From contig OY781945.1 of NCBI GenBank assembly GCA_963677435.1, positions 2,272,001 through 2,336,000 of the forward strand: 64,000 nt of DNA, written 5' to 3'. The notes below the pieces were generated by a model, which saw only the letters and a program-made list of their open reading frames with translations, had not been told where the DNA came from and searched no databases. The DNA comes from an uncultured Aliarcobacter sp. GTDB taxonomy: Bacteria > Campylobacterota > Campylobacteria > Campylobacterales > Arcobacteraceae. Numbering within the stretch: position 1 is the stretch's first letter; every line of letters starts with the position of its first letter. The position numbers and the translations under genes are program-made. This document shows, in pieces, positions 21,944 through 31,290 of this stretch.

Positions 21944-22639
21944 TTATGTATGATAATATGAAAATTGGTCATCTTTATCTTTTAATTTAAATCTTTTAGA
22001 TAATGACTCAAAAAATTGTTTTCCTAAATCTTCACAATTTAAAGCTTCAAGGCTAATAGCTTCATCGCTCATTGGATTTACTATTAATTTATTTAATTTT
22101 TCAATTGTTAAATTAGGATGTTTTCTCTCTTGCAAAATAACTTCATCATTTTGGCAAATAATTCCCTCTTCTAAAACTTTTGCATACAAACCTGTAAGTC
22201 CATTGTCAAAAATAAATTTTGTTATATTTTTTTGATTTGTATTTGCACTTAATTTCCAACAAGGTTGCCTTGGTTGTATTATTTGAACTTTTGTTTGCCC
22301 TATTTTTAAAATATCTCCAATACAAATATCTTTTTCACAAATATCAGATAAAATCAAATTTTCTCCAAAATATGCCATATTTGTCATCTCAAAACTGTTA
22401 TTAAAAAAAGAGTTTATTTTTTCATAAGTCAAAGCAGAAAAAAGAAATAAAGCTTTATTAACTCCTCCATGATGCTCTAAATCAGCTTGGAAATCTTCTT
22501 CAAAACCTGTTTTGCTTAGATTTGCTTTTGAAACTGGATATTTTTTAATTCCCGAAGTCAATTCACTTCTTTTAGAATTTTCAAGTTTAGTTGTAGTTAC
22601 AATTCCAACTTTTATATATAAAACATTTGATATTTTCAT
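21944..22639 (-). CDS. MOSC-domain protein (YiiM-like)
   Basis: HHGG..KA, FGENL, QPRQPCWK, TGLY. Confidence 0.88.
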   Translation of the reverse strand: MKISNVLYIKVGIVTTTKLENSKRSELTSGIKKYPVSKANLSKTGFEEDFQADLEHHGGVNKALFLFSALTYEKINSFFNNSFEMTNMAYFGENLILSDICEKDICIGDILKIGQTKVQIIQPRQPCWKLSANTNQKNITKFIFDNGLTGLYAKVLEEGIICQNDEVILQERKHPNLTIEKLNKLIVNPMSDEAISLEALNCEDLGKQFFESLSKRFKLKDKDDQFSYYHT

Positions 22640-22713
22640 TTAAATACTCCAATATTTTTAAAACATAGAAGTATAAGTAAATTATAATAATATAACAATC
22701 CAATTATTGCTAT

Positions 22714-23583
22714 TTATATTTCAATACTATAAAAACAAGAAAAAATTTCATCTTTTTGCAAAGTAATCATTGCTTTTTTATCTTCTAAATTTTGAGTAGA
22801 ATTCTCTTCATCTGCAACTCCAAACCAAGGTTCAATACACAAAAATGGCGCACCACTTGGTTTTGACCAAATACCTAAATATGGAAAATTTTCAAAATCT
22901 ACTTTTATAAAATTATCATTTTTCTTACTTCTAAAAGTGAGTTGTTTTATATTTAAATCATTAAAAACTAAAGCATCATTTTTAAATAACTCTTCATTTA
23001 AAGCTATTTTATTCTCAATTATTTCTAAATCTTCATTTTTATAAACTAAACCTTTATCATTTAAAAAATACCTTTTTGTCTGTTTTATATCTTCAAACTC
23101 CAAATAATAATCCTCTTTTTTTTCATTTTCTTTTAAAGGCCAATTAAAAGCAGGATGAGCACCGATTGAAAAAAGCATTTTATCAAGGGATTTATTTATT
23201 ATTTTATAGTTTATAACTAAACTATTTTTTTCAAGTTTATATGAAAGGAAAAGCTCAAAATAAAAAGGATAAATTTCTAAACTTTTATCATCACTACAAA
23301 GTCTGAACTCTATGAAATCAACTTCATTTTTTACAACTTCAAACTCTTTATCTCTAGCAAATCCATGTTGTGTCATATTGTATTTTTGATTTTGATAAAT
23401 ATAACTATCATTTTTTAATCTTCCAACAATTGGGAAAAGTATAGGAGAATGACGATTCCAGTATTTAGGATTTCCTTGCCAGATATATTCTAAATCATTA
23501 TCATTTTTTTGAAGACTATTTAATTCTGCTCCAAAAGATTTGATTTTAGCTTTTATAAAACTATTTTTTATTTCATAATTCAT
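22714..23583 (-). CDS. aldose 1-epimerase family protein (LacX-like)
   Basis: GAELNS, SPILFPIVG, QHGFARD, GAHPAF, CIEPW. Confidence 0.88.
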   Translation of the reverse strand: MNYEIKNSFIKAKIKSFGAELNSLQKNDNDLEYIWQGNPKYWNRHSPILFPIVGRLKNDSYIYQNQKYNMTQHGFARDKEFEVVKNEVDFIEFRLCSDDKSLEIYPFYFELFLSYKLEKNSLVINYKIINKSLDKMLFSIGAHPAFNWPLKENEKKEDYYLEFEDIKQTKRYFLNDKGLVYKNEDLEIIENKIALNEELFKNDALVFNDLNIKQLTFRSKKNDNFIKVDFENFPYLGIWSKPSGAPFLCIEPWFGVADEENSTQNLEDKKAMITLQKDEIFSCFYSIEI

Positions 23584-24782
23584 TCTAAACCTAATTTTAT
23601 TTCTCTAATTTCTATTTTTGCTAAAAGACTATCAATTTTCTTCTTTTGAACATCTAATACACTTACTAACTCTTTTACCTTATTATTCTTTATTTGGAAT
23701 TCATTTGAAACTTCACTAAAAGAAGAAGAACTAATATCATGTTTCTCTTTTGCCTCATGTTGAGTTGCAACAGCTGTTTTTATTTTTTCTTTTGCCTTTG
23801 AACTAACTTCTTTTAGTCTTTCTTCACTTTCATTACTTAGTTTTTCAAAATATTTAATTTGACTTAAAAATTTACTTTTTCTTCTCTCTTCTTGCTCTAT
23901 AAAAAAATCCATACTTCTATAAAATTCTAATTGTTCTTGTAATCTATTGATTTTATCCCTTGCTTGGATATTTATTCTTCTACTTTCATTTATATTTTGG
24001 GCTACTTTCTTTTTGAAATTCTTTTGTTCTTGTTCATATTCTGTTGCTAAAAATTCTATCCAAATGAACTCTTTTATATCTTCTTTGTAATCAAGAAGAG
24101 GAATTACAGTTAAATATACAAAATACTCTTGAGAATCTTTTGATAGATATTTCATCTTTCCTTCCCAAACTTCACCTTTATTACTAATAGATTCTATTTC
24201 ATCAAAAATCACTCTATTTATATCACTTAAATCACTATGTTTTTTACCAATTAATTCCTCTTGAGTATATTGAGAGGCTTCACAAAATGACTTATTTACA
24301 AATGTAATTTCATTATTTAGATTTGTTTTTGAAACTATTGAAACTTCATTTACAAGTTCAACAATATCTTCTAAATCTTTTTGAATTGTCTGTTTATATA
24401 AGTGATTACATTTTACAAAACTAATCTTTTCTATTGAATCTAAAATATCATTTAAAGTGAAAGGTTCTATTAAAAAATCACTAATTCCTAGTTTAATTAA
24501 ATTTAATAAATCCTGCGTTTCTATATCTTTAGTAAATATTATTAATGCAATATCTTCATCAACCTTTTTGATACCTTCTAAAAGATATATTTCACTTAGA
24601 ACAATATCAATTTTTTCTTGACTTTCTAAGCTATTTTTATAATAATCAATTGCTTCATCAATATCATTTTTGAAAACTACAGTGTTAAATTTCTTAATAA
24701 AATTTTCATTAAAGTGATTATTATTTTCATTCAAGACAATCATAATATTTAGTTTTTTAAAAAAATCATCTCTATTTAGCAT
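23580..24782 (-). CDS. pseudo-receiver - PAS - coiled-coil protein
   Basis: Degenerate REC (IVLSEI, FLIEPF); PAS (ITFVNKSFCEASQYTQEELIG...VWEG); K/E/Q-rich helical C-terminus. Confidence 0.75.
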   Translation of the reverse strand: MLNRDDFFKKLNIMIVLNENNNHFNENFIKKFNTVVFKNDIDEAIDYYKNSLESQEKIDIVLSEIYLLEGIKKVDEDIALIIFTKDIETQDLLNLIKLGISDFLIEPFTLNDILDSIEKISFVKCNHLYKQTIQKDLEDIVELVNEVSIVSKTNLNNEITFVNKSFCEASQYTQEELIGKKHSDLSDINRVIFDEIESISNKGEVWEGKMKYLSKDSQEYFVYLTVIPLLDYKEDIKEFIWIEFLATEYEQEQKNFKKKVAQNINESRRINIQARDKINRLQEQLEFYRSMDFFIEQEERRKSKFLSQIKYFEKLSNESEERLKEVSSKAKEKIKTAVATQHEAKEKHDISSSSFSEVSNEFQIKNNKVKELVSVLDVQKKKIDSLLAKIEIREIKLGLE

Positions 24783-24794
24783 ATGAAATATCCT

Positions 24795-26030
24795 CTATTT
24801 TTTACCACTAATTTGACTCTCTCTATGTAAAAGTACATCTTCTAAATTAATGATTTTTTGATCTCTTTCAACAACTTCTGTCTCTAATTTTTTAATAAAT
24901 TCATCTCTTAATATTATCTCTCGAGACATTTTAGTAATCTTTTTATCTAATTTATCACTATGATCTACTAAATCATGTGAAGATTGAGAAATTTCTTTTA
25001 TTTTAATATTGATTTCAAATGTAAATAAATCTTGACGACTTTTTATCTTTTTAATTTTATCTTCTGCTGAATGAATATCTTCAAAATAAGTTAAATTTTC
25101 TATTTGTAAATTTTTCAGAACTTTCTCTTTTTTGTCATAATTTTGATACTTTGACAACTCAAAAGTTAGTTCATCAATCTTATCTTGGGCTTTTCTAAAA
25201 ATTTTTTTTGTCTCTTGAAAATTATATAAAACTTTCTTTTTAAACTCTCTTCTTTCATTTTCTTCTTTTGTAGTAAGAAAATTTACACTTATAAAACTTT
25301 TTATTTTATCTTTTTCTTTTATGGGAATTGTTGTGCAATTAACATAAAAAATAGAGTCATCTTTTGTGGAATACTTTAAATTTCCATTGAATTTTTCACA
25401 ATTTTTCAAAGTCTCTTCTTGTTTAGAAATAATCTCTTTTGAAATATCTAAATGATATATTTTTGTATAATCTTCACCTATTAAATCACAATCTTCATAT
25501 TTAGACAACTCTTTAAAAAAATCATTTATGTATAAAATTTTACCTTCAAAATCATATATATAAACAATTGCAACTTTATTTATTGTGTCAAAATACTCTT
25601 TGATTATCTCTTGATTATTTATTATTTCTATGTATCTTTTATTTTTTTTGCATACTATTTCAATTTTTTCTAACAACAACTTCACATCTAAAGGTTTTAT
25701 GAAAAAGTCACTAACTCCATGTTTAATAGCACTAATTAAATACTCTTTTTCACTAAATGCTGTAGTAAAAATAAAAGGAATATATTTATCTATTTTTCTA
25801 ACATTTTCTAAAAATTCAATCCCATTCATAAAAGGCATTGAAATATCACTTACGATTACATCAATTTTATTTTCAGATTCTAAAAATCTTTCTAAAGCTT
25901 CTCTTCCATCTTTTGCAATAATCACCTCTTTAAAAAAATCTTTAATGCTTAAAAATAGTTGCTCGCGAATAAATTCATCATCTTCAACACATAAAATAGT
26001 AAGTTCTTTTAGAAAATCCTTATTAAACAT
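24795..26030 (-). CDS. response regulator REC - PAS - coiled-coil protein
   Basis: VEDD, VSDISMP, TTA, IKP; PAS (ILYINDFFKELSKY); helical C-terminus. Confidence 0.82.
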   Translation of the reverse strand: MFNKDFLKELTILCVEDDEFIREQLFLSIKDFFKEVIIAKDGREALERFLESENKIDVIVSDISMPFMNGIEFLENVRKIDKYIPFIFTTAFSEKEYLISAIKHGVSDFFIKPLDVKLLLEKIEIVCKKNKRYIEIINNQEIIKEYFDTINKVAIVYIYDFEGKILYINDFFKELSKYEDCDLIGEDYTKIYHLDISKEIISKQEETLKNCEKFNGNLKYSTKDDSIFYVNCTTIPIKEKDKIKSFISVNFLTTKEENERREFKKKVLYNFQETKKIFRKAQDKIDELTFELSKYQNYDKKEKVLKNLQIENLTYFEDIHSAEDKIKKIKSRQDLFTFEINIKIKEISQSSHDLVDHSDKLDKKITKMSREIILRDEFIKKLETEVVERDQKIINLEDVLLHRESQISGKK

Positions 26031-26151
26031 GACAATTTTATTATTTCCTTTTTTAGTCTTATAATATAATACTATATTTTATAGATAATGTATTAGGAAA
26101 TATACAGAAATTAAATTATTTTTTTGATTTTTATTTGATTTTTATGTTCAA

Positions 26152-26182
26152 AAGAAAGATATTTTATAATAATATCTTTCTT
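26152..26182 (-). terminator. hairpin downstream of rhlE
   Basis: AAGAAAGATATT-ttataat-AATATCTTTCTT. Confidence 0.65.
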
Positions 26183-26198
26183 AGATAGTTTACATTAA

Positions 26199-27578
26199 TT
26201 AGTTATTTTTAAAACCTGAGTTTGTTCTTCTATTTTTAGAAGCATTTGACGAAGGTTCACTTTTTTTAGAAGCAAATCTATTGTTGTTATTACTTCTTGG
26301 TTTTGCAGATGAACTTTCTTCTTTTTTTCTTCCAAAAGGTTTTTTAGAATTAGAATTTGCTTCTTTTGGTTTAGAAGTTCTATTTTGATTTGAACTATTA
26401 CCTCTGTTTCCTCTATTTCCAATTGGCTCAGCTTTTATATTTGGGTCAACTTTAAATCCGATTGTTTCGATTTTCCTGATTTTTTGTTTGATTAATTTTT
26501 CAATTCCAAACAAATAATCATGTTCATCAACACAAACTAAAGATATTGCTTCACCCTCGTTTCCAGCTCGCCCAGTTCTTCCGATTCTATGTACATAATC
26601 TTCAGCAATATTTGGTAATTCGAAGTTTATTACATGTGGAAGATTGTCAATATCAATCCCACGTGCAGCGATATCAGTTGCAACTAAAACTCTTACATTT
26701 CCAGCTTTGAAATCATCTAAGGCCTTTGTTCTTGCACCTTGTGATTTATTTCCATGAATTGCAGATGAAGAAATTCCATCTTTTACAAGTGCTTCACTAA
26801 GTTTGTTTGCACCATGTTTTGTTCTTGTGAAAACTAAAACTTGTTTCCAGTTATTTTTATTAACTAAATGTAATAAAAGTTCTTTTTTTCTCTCTCTATC
26901 AACTAAATGAACACTTTGTTCAACTTTGTGAGAAGTGCTATTTGCAGTTGCTGCTTCTATTAAAACAGGAGAATTCAATAAACTATCAGCTAGTTTTTTA
27001 ATATCATCTGAGAAAGTAGCTGAGAAAAGAAGATTTTGTCTTTGTTTTGGAATAATTGCTAGAACTTTTTTAATATCGTTTATAAATCCCATATCAAGCA
27101 TTCTGTCTGCTTCATCTAGAACAAAAAATTCGATTTTTGATAAATCTAAACAATCTTGAGAGATTAAATCAAGTAATCTTCCAGGAGTTGCAATTACAAT
27201 ATCAACACCTTTTTTTAAAAGTGCTTTTTGTGGGTTGATTCCAACTCCACCAAAAACCACAGCTGATTTGAAAGGAAGATACTTCCCATAAGTTTCAACA
27301 CTTTGAGCAACTTGCGCTGCAAGTTCTCTTGTTGGAGTTAAAATCAAAGCTCTTACATGAGATTTTTTATCTTTATTGTAAGCAGTTTTTAATCTTTGTA
27401 ACAGTGGAAGTGTAAATCCAGCCGTTTTTCCAGTACCCGTTTGAGCAGCTGCTAGAACATCTTTATTTGATAAAATCACTGGAATTGATTTTGCTTGAAT
27501 TGGCGTTGGCGTTGTATAACCCTCTTCTTTAATTGCACGAAGAAGTTCTGCGCATAAACCTAAGTTTGAAAATGACAT
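26199..27578 (-). CDS. rhlE: DEAD-box RNA helicase
   Basis: Q motif, [34 protein letters not shown], basic disordered tail. Confidence 0.93.
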   Translation of the reverse strand: MSFSNLGLCAELLRAIKEEGYTTPTPIQAKSIPVILSNKDVLAAAQTGTGKTAGFTLPLLQRLKTAYNKDKKSHVRALILTPTRELAAQVAQSVETYGKYLPFKSAVVFGGVGINPQKALLKKGVDIVIATPGRLLDLISQDCLDLSKIEFFVLDEADRMLDMGFINDIKKVLAIIPKQRQNLLFSATFSDDIKKLADSLLNSPVLIEAATANSTSHKVEQSVHLVDRERKKELLLHLVNKNNWKQVLVFTRTKHGANKLSEALVKDGISSSAIHGNKSQGARTKALDDFKAGNVRVLVATDIAARGIDIDNLPHVINFELPNIAEDYVHRIGRTGRAGNEGEAISLVCVDEHDYLFGIEKLIKQKIRKIETIGFKVDPNIKAEPIGNRGNRGNSSNQNRTSKPKEANSNSKKPFGRKKEESSSAKPRSNNNNRFASKKSEPSSNASKNRRTNSGFKNN

Positions 27579-27719
27579 AAGTACCTTGTTTTGTTATGAA
27601 CCTATCAAAAGTTGTAAACTTGAGTTACGATCTAGGTTATATAATTTGAGTTTAGTTGAGTTGTAAATTGACTACAAAAACGAAGTCAGGCATAGACCGA
27701 TGTATGCTGAAATTATGGG

Positions 27720-27728
27720 ATTATAGCA
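27720..27728 (-). promoter_or_regulatory. extended -10 promoter for rhlE (implies a ~135-nt 5' leader)
   Basis: TGCTATAAT on the minus strand. Confidence 0.6.
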
Positions 27729-27806
27729 TAAATATTGGATTAAAGGTGTTAAAAGAATTTAAAAGAAAAATTTGAACTAAAGAATAATTATTTTCTTATC
27801 TTTTAT

Positions 27807-27815
27807 TGATATAAT
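27807..27815 (+). promoter_or_regulatory. extended -10 promoter for the ATPase-HNH pair
   Basis: TGATATAAT about 28 nt before the ATG. Confidence 0.55.
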
Positions 27816-27842
27816 TTATACAAATAATAATCAAGGTTTTTT

Positions 27843-29594
27843 ATGGAATTAGTTTATTTATGGGTTGAAGAGTATAAAAATATTAAGAATCAAGGGTTTA
27901 GATTTTCGCCTAGGTTTGAGTGTGAGTTTGATGGTGAGAATTTAACTATTACTGAAAATAAAGATTATGTGAGTATTTTTCCTAAAAATATTAATATTAC
28001 TGCTATTGTTGGGGAGAATGGGAGTGGAAAGAGTAGTCTTTATGAATTATTATTTAATTTAATTCATAATGTAGAAATTCAAAATCCAAATTCTCTTAAT
28101 TTTATTGTTACATTCGATAAAAAAGAAAATCAGTATTTTATTAATAATAAAAAAAATCTAGACATAAATATAAATGGAGAAAAAAATCAATGTAGAATTA
28201 GTACAGATGATAATTATCTATTATTATTATTAGATTTAGTTTATTCACCTTGGAATATTGTTAATTCTAAAAATAAAACCACTTACAAAGAAAATTATGC
28301 ATTAGAACCATCTCGAATTTTATCAAATTCAAGTCTTGCAAATAAAATGGATATTAATGGTTTTGACAGTAATTTAAAGAGTTTTGGTTTTTATGGATAT
28401 ATGTATCTTAAAAATAGCAGTATTCAAAATGATTTCTCTAAAAAATTAAAAGAATTAAAAAATGTTAGAATTGAAGAAAGAACAGACGATAAAATAAGAA
28501 GATTAAAAGAATTTATGATTTTAATTACTATTAATGAAAAAGCTATTAAAGAATTTCAATTATATTTTCCAATAAATATAAATATTTCTCATATTAAAAC
28601 TATTTATAAAGAATTTGAAGTTTATGAACAAAATTTTAAGACTAAAAAAGATATTAAAGAATCCTTTAAAAAATTTATGGAAGAGCATGAAAACTACGAA
28701 TCTGATTTAATAAATAATTTAAATGCTTTTAATATAGCAATTATTCCCACTCTAAATGAAAATATAAATAACATAACAAAAATCTATAACAACTGTAAAA
28801 ATTTATATCTTCTTTTTTCTTTATACAATTTTGAAATAATATTTGTTGATAATTCCAAATTTAAAGATTTAAGCAGTGGACAAAGTACATTGCTTTCATA
28901 TATAGGTTATCTTGCAAGATATATAAAATATTGTCAAAACTCAAATAAAAAATCTTGTACTATTATTATTGATGAATGTGAAACTTCACTACATCCAAAT
29001 TGGCAAAAACAAACAGTTAAATTCTTTTTAGATTCAATCAGAAATGAAGTTTCAACAAATTTTGAAATCAATTTAATATTTATTTCACATTCTCCTTTTA
29101 TACTTTCTGACATTCCAAAAGATAATGTAATATTTTTGGATAAATTTGATGATAAAGAAACAGAGATAATATATCCAAAATTAAAAATTAATGGATTAGA
29201 AAATGGAAATTGTATAAATGTAAGTGAATATATGGAACTCAAAACCTTTGGAGCAAATATTCATACTTTACTTTCAGATGGCTTTTTTATGAGTGGTGGG
29301 CTTATGGGTGAGTTTGCGAAAAATAAGATTACAAAAATACTTAGATTTTTGAATGATGATAATAAATTTATCGATTTATCACGAAATACAAAAATTCCTT
29401 TTTTAATACCAGAAAATTATTTGGCAAAAAATCTAAAACCTATTATTAAATCTATTGGAGAAGATTTTCTGAGAAATAAGCTTTTAAATTTATATCGTAA
29501 CAAATTTATAAAAGATGAAAAAGAGAAAGAAAAACTTATTTTAAAAAATAAAATTAATGAATTACAAAAACAATATGATGAGTTAAATAAATGA
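27843..29594 (+). CDS. ABC-type (AAA_15/AAA_21-like) ATPase, PtuA-like
   Basis: Walker A GENGSGKS, long insert, signature LSSGQ, Walker B/D-loop IIIDECETSLHP, H-loop ISHSP; no TM partner. Confidence 0.85.
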   Translation: MELVYLWVEEYKNIKNQGFRFSPRFECEFDGENLTITENKDYVSIFPKNINITAIVGENGSGKSSLYELLFNLIHNVEIQNPNSLNFIVTFDKKENQYFINNKKNLDININGEKNQCRISTDDNYLLLLLDLVYSPWNIVNSKNKTTYKENYALEPSRILSNSSLANKMDINGFDSNLKSFGFYGYMYLKNSSIQNDFSKKLKELKNVRIEERTDDKIRRLKEFMILITINEKAIKEFQLYFPININISHIKTIYKEFEVYEQNFKTKKDIKESFKKFMEEHENYESDLINNLNAFNIAIIPTLNENINNITKIYNNCKNLYLLFSLYNFEIIFVDNSKFKDLSSGQSTLLSYIGYLARYIKYCQNSNKKSCTIIIDECETSLHPNWQKQTVKFFLDSIRNEVSTNFEINLIFISHSPFILSDIPKDNVIFLDKFDDKETEIIYPKLKINGLENGNCINVSEYMELKTFGANIHTLLSDGFFMSGGLMGEFAKNKITKILRFLNDDNKFIDLSRNTKIPFLIPENYLAKNLKPIIKSIGEDFLRNKLLNLYRNKFIKDEKEKEKLILKNKINELQKQYDELNK

Positions 29595-30703
29595 TAAAAA
29601 TCAAGCCAAATAATCTAGCTTGTGATGAGCATATTAATTTTTTAAAACCAAAAATTGAAAATAGAATAGAAACTATACTAGAAGATAAGAAAATAACAAA
29701 AGATGGAAAAGATATTTTAGTAAATAGTGAAATAAAATCTTGTTTAATTTGTATTAAAAATAATTTAGAAATTATTCTTAGAGCAAATCCTGATGAATTG
29801 AAAAAAATCATAAAATTTTTTCAAATAAAATATTTTTGTATCGCAAAAAAATATAAGGAAAAAGAGCCTAAAGCTCCTATTTACAAGATAGTTTATAATA
29901 TTTTTGTAGAAAATGGCTATAATGATTATTTATCAAAAGTAGAAATTGAGAAACAAAAAAATAGTCAAAAAATCAAAATTGAAAAAGAATATCATGCTTA
30001 TAAATTAGTTGAAAATCTAGGGATTAAAACTTGTCCTTATTGCAATAGAAGTTATATTTCATTTGTGGATGAGAAAAAAGATAATGAAGATAAAAATAAA
30101 GATGAGAAATCAAATAAAAAAACTCGTCCACAACTTGACCACTTTTATCCAAAAGCTATTTATCCATTTTTAGCCTGTAGTTTTTACAATCTAATTCCAA
30201 GTTGTAGTGCTTGTAATCATATGAAAAGTGATGATGATAGTTATCCTGATGAAAAAGATGGAAATTTAGTACATCCTTACAATGTAAAAGATAGTGATTT
30301 TACTTTTTCATATACTCTTAATGATTTAAAAATTACAAAAATTTTTGATACAAATAAAAAAGATATTAATTTTGAATATGAAGAAAGTATTGGTATATCA
30401 CTTAATACAAAATATTCTAAAAATGATGAATATTTTCAACTTCAAGAAATCTATCAAAATCATAAAGACATAGTTATTGAACTTATTTTAAAAGAGATAA
30501 ATTACCCAAAAAGTTATATTCAAGAATTAATCAAAAATGGCTTTGGAACAGAAGAAGAGATTTACAGATTTGTCTTTTCAAACTATTTATCGATTGATGA
30601 TTTACACAAACGACCACTTAGTAAACTTACAAAAGACATAGTTAAAGAACTGGGGATTTTATATAAAATTGAATTAGCTATAAATGAGAAACACCTCATT
30701 TAA
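29591..30703 (+). CDS. HNH endonuclease with Zn knuckles, PtuB-like
   Basis: CPYCN...LDHFYPK...YNLIPSCSACNHMK; ATGA-type overlap with the ATPase. Confidence 0.85.
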   Translation: MIKIKPNNLACDEHINFLKPKIENRIETILEDKKITKDGKDILVNSEIKSCLICIKNNLEIILRANPDELKKIIKFFQIKYFCIAKKYKEKEPKAPIYKIVYNIFVENGYNDYLSKVEIEKQKNSQKIKIEKEYHAYKLVENLGIKTCPYCNRSYISFVDEKKDNEDKNKDEKSNKKTRPQLDHFYPKAIYPFLACSFYNLIPSCSACNHMKSDDDSYPDEKDGNLVHPYNVKDSDFTFSYTLNDLKITKIFDTNKKDINFEYEESIGISLNTKYSKNDEYFQLQEIYQNHKDIVIELILKEINYPKSYIQELIKNGFGTEEEIYRFVFSNYLSIDDLHKRPLSKLTKDIVKELGILYKIELAINEKHLI

Positions 30704-30726
30704 TAGCTTTTTTAAGTGTTTATTTT

Positions 30727-31155
30727 TTACGCTTCTTCCGTCACATAAAAAGTAGTTTTTCCATTTTTAGGGTCAAAATTTTCACCCTTTTTTGAAATAT
30801 ATGTGTTTATAATTTTTCTTGCTTTTACAAATGAACTTGCATTTCCTATCTCTTCTCTTTTATCAGCTGGTGTGATTACAGTTTTGTCGTAACCTTTTGC
30901 AAATTTTTTGGCAACACTTGGGTCTTGAAATGTATATTTAACAATCTCAATATCTCTTTTTACATCTATTGTTGCTTTTTTCTTTTCATCTTCAAATCTT
31001 AAAATTCTATTTCCATTTGATGATATTTTCATTGTAGTTGCTGTTTCAATATTTTCTGTGTCTTCAACGATTACATATTCTTTTCCATTTATTAATAATA
31101 TTTCATCATCTATTTTTTTAATCTCTTTGATTATTGTTTTTTTACCTTTTGCCAT
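30727..31155 (-). CDS. hypothetical Lys-rich protein
   Basis: 142 aa, RBS AAAGGG, no recognised motif. Confidence 0.7.
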   Translation of the reverse strand: MAKGKKTIIKEIKKIDDEILLINGKEYVIVEDTENIETATTMKISSNGNRILRFEDEKKKATIDVKRDIEIVKYTFQDPSVAKKFAKGYDKTVITPADKREEIGNASSFVKARKIINTYISKKGENFDPKNGKTTFYVTEEA

Positions 31156-31290
31156 TTATAACCCTTTATATATTTTCTATTGATTTCGTATTGTAGCTAA
31201 TATTTACGCCCTATTCTTGGAATATATTTTTTTTGGCTATAATGAATACCTTTTATAGAAAAATCAACAAGAAGAAAGAACAAAAATCAA

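Noticed and set aside
25630..26064. 144-aa + strand ORF and the other short antisense or nested ORFs in the track (e.g. 233..454, 28934..29242, 49614..50045, 55684..56022)
   Set aside because: Shadow frames of well-supported genes, with no RBS or recognisable motifs
27579..27842. Retron msr-msd RNA upstream of the PtuAB-like pair
   Set aside because: No reverse transcriptase in the window, no long a1/a2 terminal inverted repeats; the hairpins fit the rhlE leader on the opposite strand
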